Made by a program: the position numbers and the translations under genes. A model generated the notes under the pieces. That model saw nothing but the letters and a program-made list of their open reading frames with translations, was not told where the DNA came from and searched no databases. From positions 1,674,001 through 1,738,000 of the forward strand of contig JBPQGU010000016.1 of assembly GCA_051362555.1 (NCBI GenBank): a stretch of 64,000 bases of DNA, given 5' to 3'. This document shows, in pieces, positions 1 through 12,953 of this stretch. The stretch's first letter is position 1. Each line of letters starts with the position of its first letter. The DNA comes from Lingula anatina. Its lineage: Eukaryota > Animalia > Brachiopoda.

Positions 1-832
1 TATCAATAGAACAGTGTTTAATGTCCAATTTCCTCCATTCTGAGTTTCTGAACATAGTGAATGAATGAATCTGACAAACTGCAATGATATGAGTTTTTTT
101 TTCCATTTTTGAAACTCTATTTTACAATACATGATGACAAGTTTACCATCATTTTTACATAATCAACTAACAATGTTGTAAAGATGCAGGAAATGTCAAA
201 CAAACACTTTTACGAATCTTATTAGTTAAATAATGAGACAGTTAACATGCCTAAGAATTGAATCTGAGGAAATGTGAAAAAACAGCATAACTTATAAAAT
301 AATGGCCCGATTATGCTGATTTTCGAACTTGACCTGCATTTTAGTAAGACTGATTACTCCTGTGAGTTTCATGACAACAGGTCTATCGGTTTTCCTTGAA
401 ATGTGTTAACAGTGTTGCATATATGCTGAAAAGTGAAAAAACAGCATAACTACTAAAATAGTGGCCCGATCATGCCGATTTTCGAACTTGATCTGTGTTT
501 TAGTAAGATTGATTATTCCTGTGAGTTTCATGACAACAGGCCTATCGGTTTTCCTTGAAATGTGTTAACAGTGTTGCATATATGCTAAAAAGTGAAAAAA
601 CAGCATAAATTCTTCAATAATGGCCCGATCATGCTGATTTTCGAACTTGACCTGCGTTTTATGAATATTAGTCAGCTCTGTTAATATAAAACCAAAAAGT
701 AAAACTGTCTTCCACTTATGGTGTTAACGCTGAAAGTGCACGGCGACGGCGACATGATCGGCGACGGCGACGGCGACGGCGACGACAGACGCAGGTGATG
801 GCAATATGTACAGACACATCTGTGTCTGTACA
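1..832 (-). mobile_element. Helentron-associated/DINE-1-like non-autonomous element (partial, runs off window)
   Basis: Reverse-complement match to 25581-26410. Has a terminal hairpin (tgtacagacacatctgtgtctgtaca), a (cgacgg)n microsatellite and about three ~160-bp tandem core units (tggcccgat at ~302, ~462, ~621). Family assignment is by architecture only. Confidence 0.7.
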
Positions 833-1097
833 TAAAAATCTGTTGGTCACCATCAGAAAGCGGCAGCTGAAATTTGTAGTACATGTGGTGAGGAAAGGAG
901 GACTGGAGAAACAAATACTGGAAGGGAAGACATCGGGCAAGAGGCAGCTACAAGGGAGAAAAAGACTCAATTTTATGGGGGGTGGAGTCGAATGTTGGGT
1001 GTAGTGCCGTGGAAATGTTGCGCCAGGCGAGTGACCGGAAAGGTTTCAGAGAGATGGTAGCCGACGTCAGTCCCTGAGATGGTACCCAAAGAAGAAA
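833..1097 (+). mobile_element. 3' fragment of RTE-clade LINE
   Basis: Translation TIRKRQLKFVVHVVRKGGLEKQILEGKTSGKR resembles the RTE ORF C-terminus (RQLxFxGHvxR..LE..i.EG...GKR) and the end of the element at 54343-55640. Ends in a short gaagaa tail. Confidence 0.7.
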
Positions 1098-1172
1098 ACT
1101 GATATATTAACTGGTATATTAACACCATAACTTTATGATGTTAGCATTGCTTACATTGTAATTGTGTCTTAC

Positions 1173-3980
1173 CTATCACGTAGACAAATATTGCATACTC
1201 GGACCATCGGAAATCTGTGGCATGAGCAACGTTTGCTTTATCATCAGGTAAAAAGTACATCGTCAGGATCAGAAGAAACGTGAAATAGGACAAGCTGTGA
1301 GTGTAAAATTTGATACAAGGAGTCCTCAAGAACGTGTTGTTCCACTTGATGAATTTACTCTACAAAAAGAAAGAAACGATACACTACATTATTGTACCAG
1401 TGCTAACAATGAAGTCAGCGATTGAGACATTTCCAAATTTTCATTCACGAAGAAATTACATTCATCTAATAGCTTTCATCAATCAATATTCAACAATTAC
1501 CGTAATAAAAGTCTTTCTGCAGACCAATTAAACATGAGTGTTGTGATGATGATATAACATGTTTGACTGCTACAATAATAATTAGATTCGCTTAATCAAA
1601 TTATTGTATATAAGCAAAGTTACTTTAATGTTCTTTGGACCTCGAGTTGAATACGTTAGTGCCTGCGTCTGTCCAGTGCACTTTAAGAGAATGACAACTG
1701 ATTTTTACATAAGAGAATTACCCTAACGAAGCCTACGGGTTCAACAGGCAGAATTTAAAAATATCCTGCCTGTCTCTCAAATTTTACCGGTACAGACTGT
1801 GAAAAAAGGGCTTTAGGAAATGTTTTAACGTGTGATAATAAATCAAACGGACGTTTACACCTGTTCACCATACCTTCTTTTCCAATGTTTCAAAGGCTCC
1901 GAACAAAATATACGTCAAGAACAACAAAATCCAAACTGGCAACGCCAGCACGATGAAGATCGTCTTCAGAAATTTGCTTGTGGTCAGCAATCGACGCCTG
2001 ACATTCGGGTTGGCGCCATAAAACACCATGTTTAAGTGCCTCTGGACGTATGGGTGTGCTACAAACTGAAATAAAATTTTTAAGACGTTACTCTGTGACG
2101 ATCTCAATCGACACTTTGAGCCTATTCATCTCGCTCTCTCTGTGTGACTCAATGCTACAGCCTACAGGAAATACTTCTCAAACAGCCTAAATAATAGTTA
2201 ATTGAATCCTGTCCGATTAATCAATGTCCACAAGACACCGACATTAGGAAATGACGTCACAGACGAAAAAGAAAAATATCTGGTACCACAGCGGCCGTCC
2301 TATATTCAGTACGTCCTACCTTCTTAACTCCTTCATCCATAACTCTCCGCACTCGCCCTAATTCTGAGCACCCACCAGCTGATTTATCCAGGAGCAAGGA
2401 CAGCTCATCTCGCCCTCGGACCAGGTCTAGCATCTCCCAGGTAAACGTTTCGCATTTCTGGGTCAGTTCAAGATATTCTGACTGTGTGAAAGGGAAAAGT
2501 TGCATATACAATGTATGTAATGGATGACCAGCATACCCAGAACATTCATAACGTCACCATTAAGCCTAGGTCCCAACAGAACGCACGGACTGCTACGTGT
2601 GGTCTACTGCCAAAAAATGGGGAAAACCTGGGAGTTCTTGCGTGAGGAACACGTCCATCGTGCGACTTTTGGTGGACGCAAACAGCACGTAGAAACTTTT
2701 TGGCATGATCAACAGCCGCTACGTGCGATCTAGCTACGTCCTAGCCGGACGCAAGAAACCTAAAAACCGTGCGTCCAAACGTAGTTGGGACCTAGACTTA
2801 ACGATTTTCTTTCTATTTTTGGTGGGGTTATCATAATGTTCTGTGCTTGCTTGATAGTGTGTGTGTGTGTGTGTGTGTGTGTTAGTGTGCGCGTGTGTGA
2901 GTGCGTGTGTGCATGCTGGCGCCTAATTTCACTTTTTTTTACCAATCGGAAGTCCACCTACTTATCTAAATGAATTTTATGCCTTTGGCAATGTCACAAC
3001 TACCCCCTCCAAAAATAAAATACAAATATAAAATACTTTAAACAAACAAACAAACAGACAGGTATAAATTTACTGTCAAAACCTATTAGATAAACTCAAA
3101 CATTCTATCTGATTGTATCTTAACATTTACTTGTTGTAAACATATAAAGGTTTAAACCATTTTTTCACAAAATACCTTGAACTCTTTATCCTGTTTCGCC
3201 ATTGTGAATAGTTTTTGTCTCAGCTGCAGGGCGCTCTTTACAGGATCTTTTCTCGTGAGAAGATAGGCTGATGACGTCATAGCTCTATACGCGTTCACAC
3301 GATAAAGCGCGTGATTCAGCGTGTCGCTTCGGTCGAGAAAACAGTCGCAGAAATAATCGTGAGGGACGGCGATTTTCAACTGCGCCTCGTCTTTCAGTAG
3401 TTTGCAGACCTTGATGTCGTTCTTCATCGCCGCCTGTAGCATTGGATTATAGTTATCACCCTCGGATAACGGCAACCATTGCTTTAGTGCTCGCTTGATC
3501 TCTTCTAGGTTCGTCCCGTCATCTATCGCCCTCCGAAGGGTTTCTCCACTAATTATTTCCGCCACTTGCTTAGCCTCTACAGGGTGGTGGGAAGGTTGCT
3601 GTGGTCCTTCATCTTCAGAACTTGAGGACGAACCACAGTCACAGCAAAGGGCAAATTCTGAAATATGGGTTATGTTTTGCAGCTTGTAAGAGCTGTTCGT
3701 GCAGCAGAAAAGGACCAATATCAATCCCCGAAAAGATAGGATTGCATTGATATCAATTGATACATTCAACCTGAGAAACCTAACAAGGAGGTTTAAAGGA
3801 AACACAAAGAGAGAAAATACCTTCTAACGCCTCTTTTGGATTTACACCAACGAATGGACAATGCTGTGGGATTCACAAGTTTAGTTTTTAGTTTTTGGGA
3901 AAGAGAGAGAAAGAGATGGAGAGAGTTTGAGTGGAGTGTGGGGGGGTCGCTTGTGTGTGTGCATGTGCGTGCGCGCGCGC

Positions 3981-4028
<48 letters not shown>

Positions 4029-5172
4029 GAATAAGACATGTAGAATACCTAAAACAATAACTGCACTTACTCTTTTTCTTAAGCTTTCTCGTCACTCTGG
4101 AGTAGTGATAATATACGGGCTCTATATTGCCGTACGTCGCTCCATCACTTAGAGTGTCGGCAATATGCGTGGGTAACCTACTGCGAGGGACAGCACCAAT
4201 GGGGGAAACATAGTCCCCCTCGTCCACGTTCGCAACAGGCGAACCGGTCTCTTCCGGCGAGGGCTGGTCTGAGGGTTTCGACGTGGCAGTCTGGTTGTTT
4301 GAAGTCTGTGACCGGTCTTTGTTAGGTAGTGGCGGTGGTTGCGGCAGTGGCGGTGGTGGTGGTGGTGGTAGAGGAGTGACATGGGAAGGAGCAGGAGGAG
4401 GAGGAGGATGTTTTGAAATCGAGGTCGGTGGGGTTCCGTTGGCAACTTCAGCTGTGACATTTTGAGGGGAGGAAGGATGCGGCGCACCATCTGAGTCTTC
4501 CCGTCCGTGGTCTTTACTTCTGCTGGGACTCTCTCTGGTAGATAGTGACAGAAGAGGGGCACTGGAGTCGTCATGACCCGGGGACTGCATAGAGAAATTT
4601 GAGGGGTTAGTGTTTTTGGGATAAGAATCCCCCATGTCAAAACTGGGGAAATATGGCAATTTTGCTGGCGAAATTTGTCCTCTGGCCCTTGGCTCTGGAG
4701 AGTCAGTGTCTATAAAATCAATATTATCAAAATCGTTTGAAGCAGTGTCTTCGTTTAATAACTGGTTAGTCCCCTGCCCCTCAGCAACGCCCGAAAAGCT
4801 GACAGTATCAGCGTCATTGCTCTTACTGTCCTTTTGACCTCGTAATGAACCAAGGGTCGCATTCATTGTGGATTGCACTTCTGCCAGACCAATTTCTCCC
4901 AATTCCACCGCCTCGACATCCTTCTGTGCTTTTCTTTTCTTGGGATTTCTTTTTAACCATTTTTTCCACCGACTGGCTCCCTCTCCGTCTGATTCGTCGT
5001 TGCTGGATGAAGTCGATGTTTTCTCGCTATGAGTGAAACAGTCGCTGTCTTCCTCTGGCTCTGAGATGTATTGCGAAGTGTCCGCGTCGTCAAGCGAACA
5101 AAAATCGTTTCCCAAAAGAACCACGTCTAAATTTCGTGCAAAGCCACTGCCAAGACGCCTTCTATTCGCCAT
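1173..5172 (-). CDS. Short transient receptor potential (TRPC-family) cation channel, 5' part; gene continues beyond position 1
   Basis: Phase-compatible GT-AG exons 5172-4071, 3657-3176, 2481-2320, 2065-1874 and 1359-1173 (~708 aa in window). TRPC hallmarks: PHDYFCDC...DTLNHALYRVNAYRAMTSSAYL (TRP_2 region), DPVKSALQL...KEFKSEYLELTQKCETF..EMLDLVR, KKFVAHPYVQRHL, and TPCIKFYTHSLSYFTFLLIL (pre-S1/S1). Confidence 0.9.
2563..2798. mobile_element. PIF/Harbinger-like MITE in TRPC intron
   Basis: TIRs agcctaggtcccaac / gttgggacctagact flanked by TTA/TAA; internal inverted segments. Confidence 0.65.
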
Positions 5173-5399
5173 CTGCAATTACCTGAAAGAAGTTTTCTTT
5201 CTGAAGTTATATGCCTCTCAGAATTAAACAGTGAAATATGATACTAAGATAGACATAGTTTAGAGACCTTGAGACTGTGAAGGAAATTAAAAACAAATTG
5301 TACACATATCTGGTTTCGAAAATTATGTAACGAAACCCTGTATTTTGGTTATCTATAATTCAGGCATTCGCTCAACATGCATTCTTAACAACCCGGTGT

Positions 5400-6350
5400 C
5401 ACCTGTTTTACTCTGAGACTGATCAGACCATTTTTCCAAAAAATTGTACATTTTTATTTATTTATTTATTTTGCTTTTTTCAGCATGTTTTATCCACCCT
5501 TAAACAAATAAAATTAAAAAAGAAAGATGTTATATATTGTTTTGAAACATGCAGGATTCAAAACTCTGGTACATAGATCAAGTTCAATAACTGGCTTAAT
5601 TTGTTTATTTTTGTTAAACTAATTATATTTATAAAAGTGTTCTTTGGCACTTGCTGCACCTAAACAATTTTTGTAAATTGACTTTATAAAAATGATGGTA
5701 AACCTGCTATCCTGTATAGTGTTATTAAGGCCGGGTCAAAGATGGAAATAAACTCAAGTCAGTGCCTTTTGTCAGATTCAGTTCCTCACTTTGTTCAGAA
5801 TATCAGAATGGAGCAAATTGGACATTAAAGAATTGTTTAATTTAAATTTTCCATCTTAACAATATTTTACTTGATTATTGAAGATGGAAATAAATTGGTT
5901 GTTTCATATTATATAATGAGTGTTGAAAATGAAAATAACACATTTCAGTACTTTTTTTAATACTGGCATTTTTAATGTCTGAATTTGAATTTCCATGGGC
6001 CCGAAGGCCTTTGCTAGTCACATTTTCTGTGTACCTGCAGTGCATAATTTAAAAGTGATGGTGATTATACGCTGTTAAGCATTATATCACAATGCATCAA
6101 AATTGATTAGAAATATTTTGTTTACTGTCACTACCATTGTTCTAACAGGAAAACTGTTACTTATTATTTTGTAACTTGTAAGAATGACTGAAATAGATCT
6201 CAAAATGGGAAACCAGCTTCATTAGATTATTTTCTTTCTTGTTGACCGTGCATTTGACAGCTTTCCTGCCTTTTTATGTTATTTTCTCTGGAATCTCCCT
6301 GCCTTAAAGCGTGTTTATCTATAGTCTGCTTATACATAAACCAGTTTCTG
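5400..6350 (+). mobile_element. Diverged copy (3' part) of the Helentron-associated repeat
   Basis: 5770-6150 aligns with 26330-26740 (gttcagaat.tcagaatggag.aaattgga; catgggcc.gaag.ccttt.tagtcacattttctg). Boundaries are approximate. Confidence 0.5.
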
Positions 6351-7702
6351 AGGCAACTCCTAAAAGCGAATACCCCCCCCCCCCCACCCAATTACACGAT
6401 ATAGCCTATAAAAGCATTAAGCTTAAGTTGACATACAGGTTTATAAGACAAAACTGACATTAATATTTGTGATCCAACTATTCTCCAAACCCCGCAAAAA
6501 AATGGCTTCATTTTGGGCTATCGAGGCTTCCTTGAATGATTTCAAAGCAGATTAAGCCTTCCGTTCCCTATTTAGAGTCGAACTTGAACATCGGTGTAAG
6601 AGTAATCCAAGTCCAACAGAACTGCGGGCCTCCATTACTTAATTAGCAGTCCTAACATAGTTCGCATGTAATTATGAGTAGCGTTAAACATTTATACTTG
6701 CTGCACCGACCGTTCGTACTGTATATATAGTTTTACCTCGCCGGGAAATCGCGGCTTAGTGGCTATATTATACAGTGACCTACTCGGACAGGTGCCCCGG
6801 GATGTTTAACGTGCATATTTCATTGCTGACCACATAAATTACTCGCCACATAAATTACACGTATGAAAAGCCATCCTGTTTATAAACAGATTAATAACGT
6901 CTCACAGCTTCACGTCTATGGGGTACGTTTATAGACCTTTATAGAGACTAGGGAGGTAAAACACAAGATAAACTGCAGAGCTGCCATTGGTATTTCTAAC
7001 ATGTTTGATCAAAAATTACCCCTGTATCAAATATGCCCTAATGTTCTCAATTATGATATAAAGTCTTAACTGTATTAATGGAGCATGCATATAGTAAATA
7101 ATATTAAGGGTAGATATGCTACATTATATTTACTATCTACATAGCCATCCTAAATATACTAAAAAAGCACAGCTCCATTCGTCTTAGAATAAACTATAGC
7201 AGTACCATACGCATACGTATATTAATCCTCTCACATTCTGTCCAGTCCTGTCCGATCCCAACTTGACCGTTGGTATATTCAGGCCAAATACTGCCAATGC
7301 TTTATTATCATGGGCTACTCTCCAGCAGAGTCCAGCTGGGTGATGAAGTCAATTCTGTGCATATTCTCGCTGTACTGTACAGAAAAGAACATGCGCAGAA
7401 CTGACCAGAGACATATATGTGAATGCTTAATAAAAAAAAAACAGTCAGGGGTACTGATGGAGAACAATGCTGCATTTATCTGGGTCGGTCTAACTCTGTG
7501 GCTGATTCTCTCTTAATGCTATCAGTGGAATTTACTTATGTCTGACGCGCCTCTTCGAGCAGCTTGGGGTATAGTTAACACGGAAGTTAATATCGCTTGT
7601 GTTACAGACGGACAGGCAGACATAATCAGTAATGAATTTATAAAAAATAAGGCTGCTTTCAGAATAGAAGTTAACGTGCTAGCAGGATCGGCCTACCTCA
7701 GA

Positions 7703-7712
7703 GGGGATTTCC
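7703..7712 (+). promoter_or_regulatory. NF-kB/Rel consensus site GGGGATTTCC
   Basis: Exact match to GGGRNNYYCC in the region between the divergent TRPC and CARD genes; a related GGGAAAACTCCC lies at 7985-7996. Function not shown. Confidence 0.25.
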
Positions 7713-7787
7713 TGTAAGGCGCAATCAACTTAATAATGCAGCTTAATTAAGTGTCTGGCACGCCCCCTCCTCGTCCCCCGTAACTTA

Positions 7788-7963
7788 GGCCGCATTCAGA
7801 ACAGTGGAATAACTATTCCGAGGGTAAATATGGCCGACCTACTCGAATACTTCCCCACGGGATATCTATTCAGTGTCTATATTAGAGAATAAGACGGCAA
7901 GCTTTTTAGTGGGTCGCCATATTTGACCCGCGGACTAGTTAGTCCACTGTTCTGAATGCAACC
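7788..7963. mobile_element. PIF/Harbinger-like MITE
   Basis: ~55-bp imperfect TIRs (ggccgcattcagaacagtgg / ccactgttctgaatgcaacc) with TTA/TAA flanks. Related fragments near 48250-48310, 62770-62935 and 63340-63480. Confidence 0.65.
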
Positions 7964-8410
7964 TAATTATACTTGGGTAAAGTCGGGAAAACTCCCAAAC
8001 TTTGTGGTCCGTGCTATTGTTTATGCTGCCTTGCGAGGGGGAGACTAGATAGTCCGTGGATCAACGGGTTGTGAACGCAGCCTAAGACCCTCTTTTAGCA
8101 ACATGTTCTTTTGTGGTCATGACCCCAAGTTTATGGGTGAATGGCAGAGGAATCTGCGTGTTGATATGTATTACGGTCACAAATACCTTCCATCCAGTAG
8201 TGTTGTTACCGCTGACTGGTCATATACTGTATAAAATATGCACCTTAATTAAACGGTGCATGTAGTTGGTCACACTGTGCGCTATATATGTTATAAGTGA
8301 GCCGGGCAGCTTAACTCCGGGCAAATGCACTAATACGTACACCGTTAAGGGGAATGCACAGAAGGCCAGCCCTAGCTTCCCTTACAGTAGTTTTGCTCTA
8401 TCTTAACCCC

Positions 8411-8441
<31 letters not shown>

Positions 8442-9988
8442 ACACACATCTAGGCAGCCTATTGCAAACTTACGAATGTGAAATAACACAGCAGTCGTCT
8501 AGGCTCTACTGGTCCCCATTACGTATGTACATGGAGTAAATCTAGAGGATATATCTATTATATAAACATTTCACTGTCATAACGTTACCTCCCAGCCACC
8601 TCTACCCGCCCGAGGAAATTGGTCTGCGGTGAACTGAACTGAAATAAAGGGCATGCATACATCTAACGTACGTTACCTGAGGATGGCTGAAGGCCTACAC
8701 GGACAGTCGGTCTACTAGATCCTGTATGAACTTTTCGTTAATGCTATGAGCTTAACCGACGAAAACAATGTACATGTATGTCTGTCCGAATTCTACGATA
8801 TTAGCGCAGAGTATAAGACGAGGCAGATGTAGTATTATTGGTGAACGAGTCCATCTGGTTGATTTTACAGACTTATTATACTCTAACTTTTAAGTCCTTT
8901 CACGCCCAGCAGCTAAGTTTATCTAGACTGGCGCCATTTGATTGGCCCTAACATGTAATCACGCTACGGGTTCCTTTACTCAAGTTCATTAGCCTTAATT
9001 TAATGCTGTCAACTGGCCGTGGGGGATGGCGGGAGCGGCTTTCATCCTCATACTACCCTCATACTAAACTGTACCATGTACATGTAGGTGGATATCTTGC
9101 GTGAGGAAGTGTGGAAAATGCTCCCTAACTCAAGCCGGACCTCGCTGTGGTTGAAAAAAAAAAACTTGTCAGGCATGTGAGTAACGTACTCTGATAATGC
9201 GGAGAAAATCACTTACCCTTGTTCGTGTCGTATTACATACAGTATGAGTGAGGCGAGTCAAGTGAATATTGGCGTGCAGTCAGTGTGCAGAGATATCTAG
9301 TCCCTTCGCAGAGTGTACGGAAAGACATGTATTATCCCTGAAGCTGATGTCTGCTAGATTTTCTCTCTATTTTGTCTTGCACCAACAGGATATAATCTAC
9401 GTGACCTAGTTCGGTATCAGCAAGCAGTTAACAAGTCCCTGTAACCGGTGTCTACTGATGTTTTTTTCTCTCTTTTTATGTACCTCTCGCCTCCCACAAA
9501 TAATCAGCGTGGCCTAGATCAGAGCCTGTAGTGCGACAAGTACACTGAATACAGAGCCAATTTATATTTCGGTCGAAATAGTGTCAGTAAGCACACGGCA
9601 CTTTACAATGGCGTTATTCGTGTACGCTAAATCTGTCGCTGTCACATCCATGCTAGGTTTGTGATTACTTATAATAATAGTTACAGTTTTATAAACGGGG
9701 TAGGGTGTCAATGGCGGCGTAACCGGATTTACAAGTTCCGGGTATTTGCTCAACAAACAAAGACAACGTGTGGAAAATTTAGTCTCCAATTATCTTACAT
9801 CCTCCTCAGCATCAGTTCCGGCTGAAACTTTTCCCCAATATACAGAGGGTCCCAAGAAACATAGATTATTCCTTGACTTCTACTACTACACTGAGTACTT
9901 TATATTTTATAAATTATTCTCTGGTTAAAGAACACTCAGTTTTTTTTTTTTTTTTTTTTGTCATGCTATATTGATATTTTTCCTCAAT

Positions 9989-10182
9989 GGTATTAATTAG
10001 ATTTGCATCTACCAAGTAGATCAACAAATGTCTAAGTTAGCGAATGATAAACTCATCGTACAAAAGGGATCGATCCAACTTTGCTGGTATTAATTAGATT
10101 TGCATCTACCAAGTAGATCAACAAATGTCTAAGTTAGCGAATGATAAACTCATCGTACAAAAGGGATCGATCCAACTTTGCT
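9989..10182 (+). repeat. Perfect 97-bp tandem duplication
   Basis: ggtattaattagatttgc...gatccaactttgct occurs identically at 9989-10085 and 10086-10182. Confidence 0.9.
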
Positions 10183-10192
10183 GCAGCTCCTC

Positions 10193-10270
10193 TGTAGAGC
10201 CGCATTTTGCAACTGACCGCATTTTGCAACCGGTTGCAAAATGCGTTCGGTTGCAAAATGCGGCTCTACA
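10193..10270. repeat. 78-bp near-perfect palindrome (probable minimal MITE)
   Basis: tgtagagccgcattttgcaac...gttgcaaaatgcggctctaca; a half copy lies at ~27350-27387. Confidence 0.75.
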
Positions 10271-11004
10271 CCTCCCCAAGTAATAGGCTTAAATATCTGA
10301 TGACTCTCCTCGAGTAGTTGAGAGGAAACTAACCGACTAACTAGCTACTCAAGGATGTGCTTCAGACAATTGAACTGATTACACTGAATTAACTTTAGGG
10401 ACAAACCCCTGCAGATTTGGATCGATCCGGATGGTAAGATGTTTTAATCTGAACGCTGGATATATCAAAACTTAATTCACGAATAACGGTCGACTAGTGA
10501 GGACATTTCGGGATACCCTGTATATAATGACATGTTCCCACACACGTACACCGGTATTTTATCATACTCCAAGGTAAGTAACAGTTTTCGACGAATTGAT
10601 TAAGCCTTCATGGAAAAAAACATATCGAAAGTAGGCAATGGTGTGTCGTTTATATGCAATCCATAGAGGAGTGGCTTGCTTTGTAAACCAGTAATATATT
10701 CCCAATGACTCAAAGTCAATTCTAGCCATTAAGACCAAAATCCATCTAACAGAGCAATTGTATTCAAAAATGCTTTTTTTTATAATAGTATGTCTAATAT
10801 TCATAACTATATTCTTATCTAGTTTATGCTAATTATTGAAAATATGCAGTACGAAATCGATTTAACAAAGAATGTGTATGGAAAGATTTTTTGGTGTCAT
10901 TAAATATTTCATTTAAAAATTGTTTTTCTTTATGGCAACTCGCTGTCGGCTTTTGCTTCATACAGCGATAAGTGTAATATAGGAATGAAAAAGCTGTGTT
11001 GAAT

Positions 11005-11216
11005 ATTAGACCCCATTTCCAGAGATTAGATCGATCTACTTTAGATCGACCTAACTCCCTGGGGGTTCACGCTAAATAGATGTCAGCCGGGCGGACACGA
11101 AAGTTAATTACAGCTTGTAGTAGGCGGGACGGACATTTAAACCGGATTATCTGACAGTAATCTAGTGAGACTCCCCGCGGGGATAGATCGATCTAAAGCT
11201 CTGGGAATACAGCCTT
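11005..11216. mobile_element. MITE (gatcgatct-rich family)
   Basis: Imperfect TIRs (ttccagagattagatcgatcta / tagatcgatctaaagctctgggaa); related to 11613-11860. Confidence 0.5.
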
Positions 11217-11612
11217 AGATACATGGTATGTGTGCGTGTGTGTGTGTGTGTCAAAGTAATACACGGCTTCCGGTATCAAGAATAAGATTATACTAACAGA
11301 TTCATTGGACAGAGAAGTAGGAATTTAAATACACAATGTAAATATACACGTATACACTATATATACATCTCATATTCAGGTGTTCTGTTTAAAAATCAAA
11401 CGTTATATCAGATGTCTTTATAGTATCATGAGTAACTGAGAAATGTATTCTGCTTGAAGATTTTTATAACGTTAATTGACGCTAGTCAGTCACTCCCTAG
11501 TTACTCAAGAAGGCGTGCCAGACAATCACACATATTACATTAACAGCAAAGTGAGAATCCCTACATATTTAGATCGATCTAGCTAGTATGAGGGGTTTAT
11601 GGGAATGCAGTC

Positions 11613-11862
11613 TAAGGGACCATTCCCACAGATATTTGGATCGTTCTATCTCCCTAGGGAGCTTCACTTAATTGCTAACTAAACCGGCCTAAATGTCTGT
11701 CACGCTTAGTAAAGCAGTAATAGGGTACTTATCTTTATCCCCTAGCTGATTCTGTAGGCGTAAGAGACATTTGAGCCGGTTAGTTGATAGCAATTTAGTG
11801 AGACTCCCCAGTGAATTAGACCGATCCAGATATATCGATCTAGGCATGGGAACCCAGTCTAA
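11613..11862 (+). mobile_element. Harbinger-like MITE
   Basis: Matches 61651-61893 end to end in reverse complement; TAA-type flanks; internal inverted repeats. Confidence 0.65.
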
Positions 11863-12775
11863 GTGCAAAGACAACGATTGCTGCATTCCGTCTGATGCAC
11901 ACCTAACGCATTGCACTAAAAAAGTGATCACAAAGCTGACTCATTCCGGGTCAGGTGATATTGTCATTTAAAGGCAATTTGTGCAGTATAGATAGATAGA
12001 CATAATGCCACATGGATATTATCGCTTGGATTATAAACATTAATCAGAAACAGAGTACGAAAAGAGAGTTCAATCTTACTCCAAAGAGGAGAGCTTGACA
12101 GTGACTTGACCCAGACTGAAAGGTAAGTACACGTGGACTGGGTATCTGTGCCCCAGATACAGTACTGTGCAAATGTGTATATCTATCCACACAGACTCCT
12201 TACCTATACTGAATTATATAAGCCCCTCATTTCAAGTTCAAATGTGTTCTGCGACATATTTGGTGACGAAAATAATCGAAGGATCGTACCTAACACAAAT
12301 GAAAGTATCAGTGTTTTCTCTTCGAAGTCAGTTATCAGCAATGATGTTGTAATTTTGTTTGTGGGTGTCCTGTTATGAGAACGGCACGGATGTATTCATA
12401 TGTAGTTAAAAATCAAGTTTAAGGTATCACACTGTTATTTCTAAAATAGTGATAATTGCATAATTTTAAAATGATATTTAAAAAGTTTTTCTTATTTTAC
12501 TTGTAATCGCGTTTTAATCAACAGGTCTAATGAGTTAAATTAGATAAAAAAAAAACATTTATATGTGTGTTTTTTTTAATGTCAGTAACTTTGGAACACC
12601 TAGCTATCACAATCTTGTAAATTGCTCTGTCATTTAAACTATATTTCTGAAATGTTGGGGCAAACATACGGGAAGCAAAAATGACTAATCCATCCATGCG
12701 CGCGCACGTAGCACAAACAGCAACTTTATTATCGCAACCGGTACGTATAATGAAGCAAGGGTTAAATGGAATAAA

Positions 12776-12786
12776 GGGGAATCCCC
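12776..12786 (+). promoter_or_regulatory. Palindromic kB site GGGGAATCCCC
   Basis: Consensus Rel/NF-kB site about 170 bp upstream of the ATG of CARD-coiled-coil gene A. Confidence 0.35.
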
Positions 12787-12953
12787 TTTCCTTCGTTATA
12801 CATACTGAACATACTGTACATGTACGCCATTTTGGAACACGAAAGCTCGGAACGCGTCCTTCGTTAGTACAACAACTTTGGTTTTACTTCTGCATTTTGC
12901 GCACGACGGTCATCCTCTAGTAGCAGGACAGTAGAAGGACAATAATTTCTGTG

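Noticed and set aside
3793-4070. C-terminal part of the 461-aa ORF and N-terminal part of the 217-aa ORF
   Set aside because: Read-through into the TRPC intron (GT donor at 4070, (CT)n/(CA)n tracts, acceptor at 3658).
12005-12122. Short ATG-initiated frames before a GTAAGT donor upstream of CARD gene A
   Set aside because: Both frames stop before the donor. This is probably a non-coding exon and cannot be supported without transcripts.
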